64,000 bases of DNA from Abditibacterium sp. (GTDB lineage: Bacteria > Armatimonadota > Abditibacteriia > Abditibacteriales > Abditibacteriaceae): positions 128,001 to 192,000 of the forward strand of contig CBDASK010000003.1 of assembly GCA_965199495.1 (NCBI GenBank). The letters are read 5' to 3'. The notes under the pieces are model-generated. The model worked only from the letters and a program-made list of their open reading frames with translations. It ran no database searches and was not told where the DNA came from. Position 1 is the first letter of the stretch, and the number at the start of each line of letters is the position of its first letter. Positions 61,529-64,000 of the stretch are shown here, piece by piece. The translations under genes and the position numbers were made by a program.

Positions 61529-63694
61529 TTAATGTTCGTGCGGCGTGGGCGCATCGCAACAACACAAATTCGGTTCCATATACCAACCAGCGGACGGCAC
61601 AGATGGCGCCGTGTCATCGCCGGGCGCGGGAGTGGCGCCCATGTGCATCATGTGCGCGTTTTTGTCCTGCATATGATCCACGACTTCGGCAGGCATAACG
61701 ACATAAGGCCGCATCATTTCGTGGTCTTCGTGTTCGAGAATATGACAATGATAGACATAACGCCCCGTCATACCGATGTTCGTTCCGCTTTTGGGCGCGG
61801 TGTCGCCGGGCGCGTAATCGCGGAAAGGCACGGCGATTGTCGTCAACTCCGCCGGATTGACGCGAATCGTGTCTTTCCAGCCCGTTTCAACTGCATCCAA
61901 TTTCTTGGGCCGTCCCTTGGGGTTGCGAATATGCGTCTCATAACCACCCAAATCGGGCACGCGCGCCGTATCGGAATACGACTCGCGCGACAGCAGTTTG
62001 AATTGAATCAGGTGAATGTGAACGGGATGCGTGTCGGGCGAGATATTGATGATTTTCCAGATTTCCACATCGCCATCGCGCGCCAGATAACGCACTGGAT
62101 CGCTGAACATTCCGGGCAACAAACAATACAACAGCGACTGGGCATCGCCGCGCTGTTGCAAAGCCAATTGCGTGGCTGGCAAATCAGCCACGCCGTCCCA
62201 CGCGCGCTGAACTCCGTTTTCGTCTCGGAGCGGCGCGCATTCCATCAACTGCAAAACGCCCGTGTCATCTTCGACCAGCGCCACCAAACGTTCGACGCTG
62301 GCGGCGCTCTGTGCGGCCTCGCACGTCCACGGCGTGGCTGATGCCAGCAGCGTTTGATCGGGATCGAGAAAACAGTGCTTGGCGCTTTTGCCTTTTACAT
62401 CAAAGCGCATAACTTGCGGGTAAGGCAGAAAATCGGCTTGGGGATTAGCGGCATCGGCGTCGTTTCCATCGAAGGGCGCCTTGGCAAAATTACGCAGTTC
62501 GACGCTGCCGACGATTCCGCTAAAATCCACCAAAACATCCACGCGCTCGGCGGGCGCCAGCGTGAGCGCGCCGTGTTCTGGCAAATTAATCGGCTTGCTC
62601 AACAAACCGCCGTCACTGCCAATCATCTGCATTGGCACGTTGACCCCATCGCCGTTTTCGTCGGTGAAGCGCAACCGATAAACGCGCGCGCTGCAACCGT
62701 TCAAAATCCGCAAGCGATAAACGTCTTTTTTGACCGTATGGCGCGGCCATATTACGCCATTAACCAGGGTCAACGGCCCAAAAAACTCCATCGGCGACTG
62801 GCCGACATCGGGGCGCGACTCTATCGTATCTTGTCCAGCAGTGCCCGTTTTGTGCAGCAATTGTCCGGCATCCACGCCTTCGTGTTGGCCCGCGCAAGTG
62901 ATGGCGCGATCTTGAAGCAGCAACAGCAATTCGTGGTCGTGGCTTCCGCACGGCAGATTCAGTGCTTTTTCGAGCGGATCGCGGATCAGATAAAACCCGG
63001 CCAAGCCCGCATAAACGTTGAGGCGGGTAAAACTCATGGCGTGGTCGTGATACCACAATAGCGTTCCCGGCTGATTGTTGGTGTAGGTATCGCGCTGTGA
63101 CTGGCCGGGATAAATCGCGTTTTCCGGCCAGCCATCGGAGTTGGATTCGCTGCGCCCGCCGTGCAGATGAACCACCGTCCAAGGCGGCAGTTTGGCCGCG
63201 CTGTGATCGTGTTCGCCCAACGTAAGTCCCGGCAAATTTTTCGAGGCGTGAACCTGGGGCGGCGTCAGGTTGGGGAACGAAACGTAGGCGGTCAAATTCG
63301 TCGCGGCGAAAACGGGATGTTTGGCCGCTTGACCATCCGGCCCGAACAATTCGTTTTTCCACTCGACGAAAGCGGTTTGCCCTTGATTGACCTCAATCGT
63401 CGGGCCAATAGGAGTTTGCGGGCCATCCAACGAACTCCCTGCGGCGCGATAAACCCACACTTTGGTCGAGGCGGTCAATTCGGGATGTAACTGCGCCATC
63501 GCGGGCACCATAACCATTTTCAAGCGGCCAGCGCTGTTGGGCCGCACCGTTGGGGCAATCGGCAACGTCGCCACATAAGGCGTCACCGGCAGGGGAAGTG
63601 GCTCTTCGAGAGGCGGATCATCTTGCCCATCAATCCAGGGAACGAAATCAACGGAATCGCACAGATTTTGCGCGAGCAAATCAGCTTGTGTCAT
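61529..63694 (-). CDS. Multicopper oxidase (CotA/phenoxazinone-synthase-like)
   Basis: Copper motifs 'VHLHG', 'WYHDH', 'HPVHIHL', 'HCHILEHEDHEMM'; AAGGAG RBS. Confidence 0.93.
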   Translation of the reverse strand: MTQADLLAQNLCDSVDFVPWIDGQDDPPLEEPLPLPVTPYVATLPIAPTVRPNSAGRLKMVMVPAMAQLHPELTASTKVWVYRAAGSSLDGPQTPIGPTIEVNQGQTAFVEWKNELFGPDGQAAKHPVFAATNLTAYVSFPNLTPPQVHASKNLPGLTLGEHDHSAAKLPPWTVVHLHGGRSESNSDGWPENAIYPGQSQRDTYTNNQPGTLLWYHDHAMSFTRLNVYAGLAGFYLIRDPLEKALNLPCGSHDHELLLLLQDRAITCAGQHEGVDAGQLLHKTGTAGQDTIESRPDVGQSPMEFFGPLTLVNGVIWPRHTVKKDVYRLRILNGCSARVYRLRFTDENGDGVNVPMQMIGSDGGLLSKPINLPEHGALTLAPAERVDVLVDFSGIVGSVELRNFAKAPFDGNDADAANPQADFLPYPQVMRFDVKGKSAKHCFLDPDQTLLASATPWTCEAAQSAASVERLVALVEDDTGVLQLMECAPLRDENGVQRAWDGVADLPATQLALQQRGDAQSLLYCLLPGMFSDPVRYLARDGDVEIWKIINISPDTHPVHIHLIQFKLLSRESYSDTARVPDLGGYETHIRNPKGRPKKLDAVETGWKDTIRVNPAELTTIAVPFRDYAPGDTAPKSGTNIGMTGRYVYHCHILEHEDHEMMRPYVVMPAEVVDHMQDKNAHMMHMGATPAPGDDTAPSVPSAGWYMEPNLCCCDAPTPHEH

Positions 63695-63775
63695 GGAAGT
63701 TCTCCTTTAAATTCAGCGCCCGTGCCCATCGCGAAAGTCGCGTGGGCCGTCAAATTTCTCACGAGCGATTATCAA

Positions 63776-63815
63776 AAAAACCGCTATTTTTGGTTCAACT
63801 AAAATAGCGGTTTTT
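63776..63815. terminator. Terminator-like hairpin
   Basis: aaaaaccgctatttt...aaaatagcggttttt. Confidence 0.55.
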
Positions 63816-64000
63816 ATACCATATTCAATTTTTTAAATAGATTTTAAATTTATTTTTTACTCTCGATAATTATTTGACTTAACACTGGCAATTCAACGGA
63901 TAACATTTTCCGCAGTATATTTTGGTTTATATCACCGCATATATTTCTTTAACGCGCGTAGGAGTTACGGTTTGGCGCTTGCGTTGCCGTCTGTAATGCC

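Overview
Bacterial chromosomal window of moderately high GC, from a diderm organism (TamB-like, Wza/Wzc and LolA-like genes). Gene style and repeat content suggest Abditibacteriota/Armatimonadota-like bacteria, but that is inference only. Housekeeping and metabolic genes include an ECF sigma/anti-sigma/RseB-like operon, a sulfite/nitrite reductase, a SARP-STAND regulator, sufS, leuD, rimI, tsaB, metH, a NUDIX hydrolase, uraH and a multicopper oxidase. They are interspersed with at least five families of long intergenic palindromes. There are two accessory patches. The first is a ~3 kb toxin-antitoxin/AT-rich islet bounded by a degenerate duplicate of the metH 3' end. The second is a 43.5-50 kb mosaic containing RAYT transposase remnants, a third TA pair and an orphan DctP. 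The most striking signal is at 53.8-55.0 kb: an uncharacterised 243-aa protein gene followed by a ~375-nt predicted ncRNA with its own extended -10 promoter and terminator. The RNA holds two tandem circularly permuted tRNA-like modules (T-arm, loop-closed acceptor stem, D-arm; YrlA/Y-RNA-like topology), and no Ro60 gene is present in the window.
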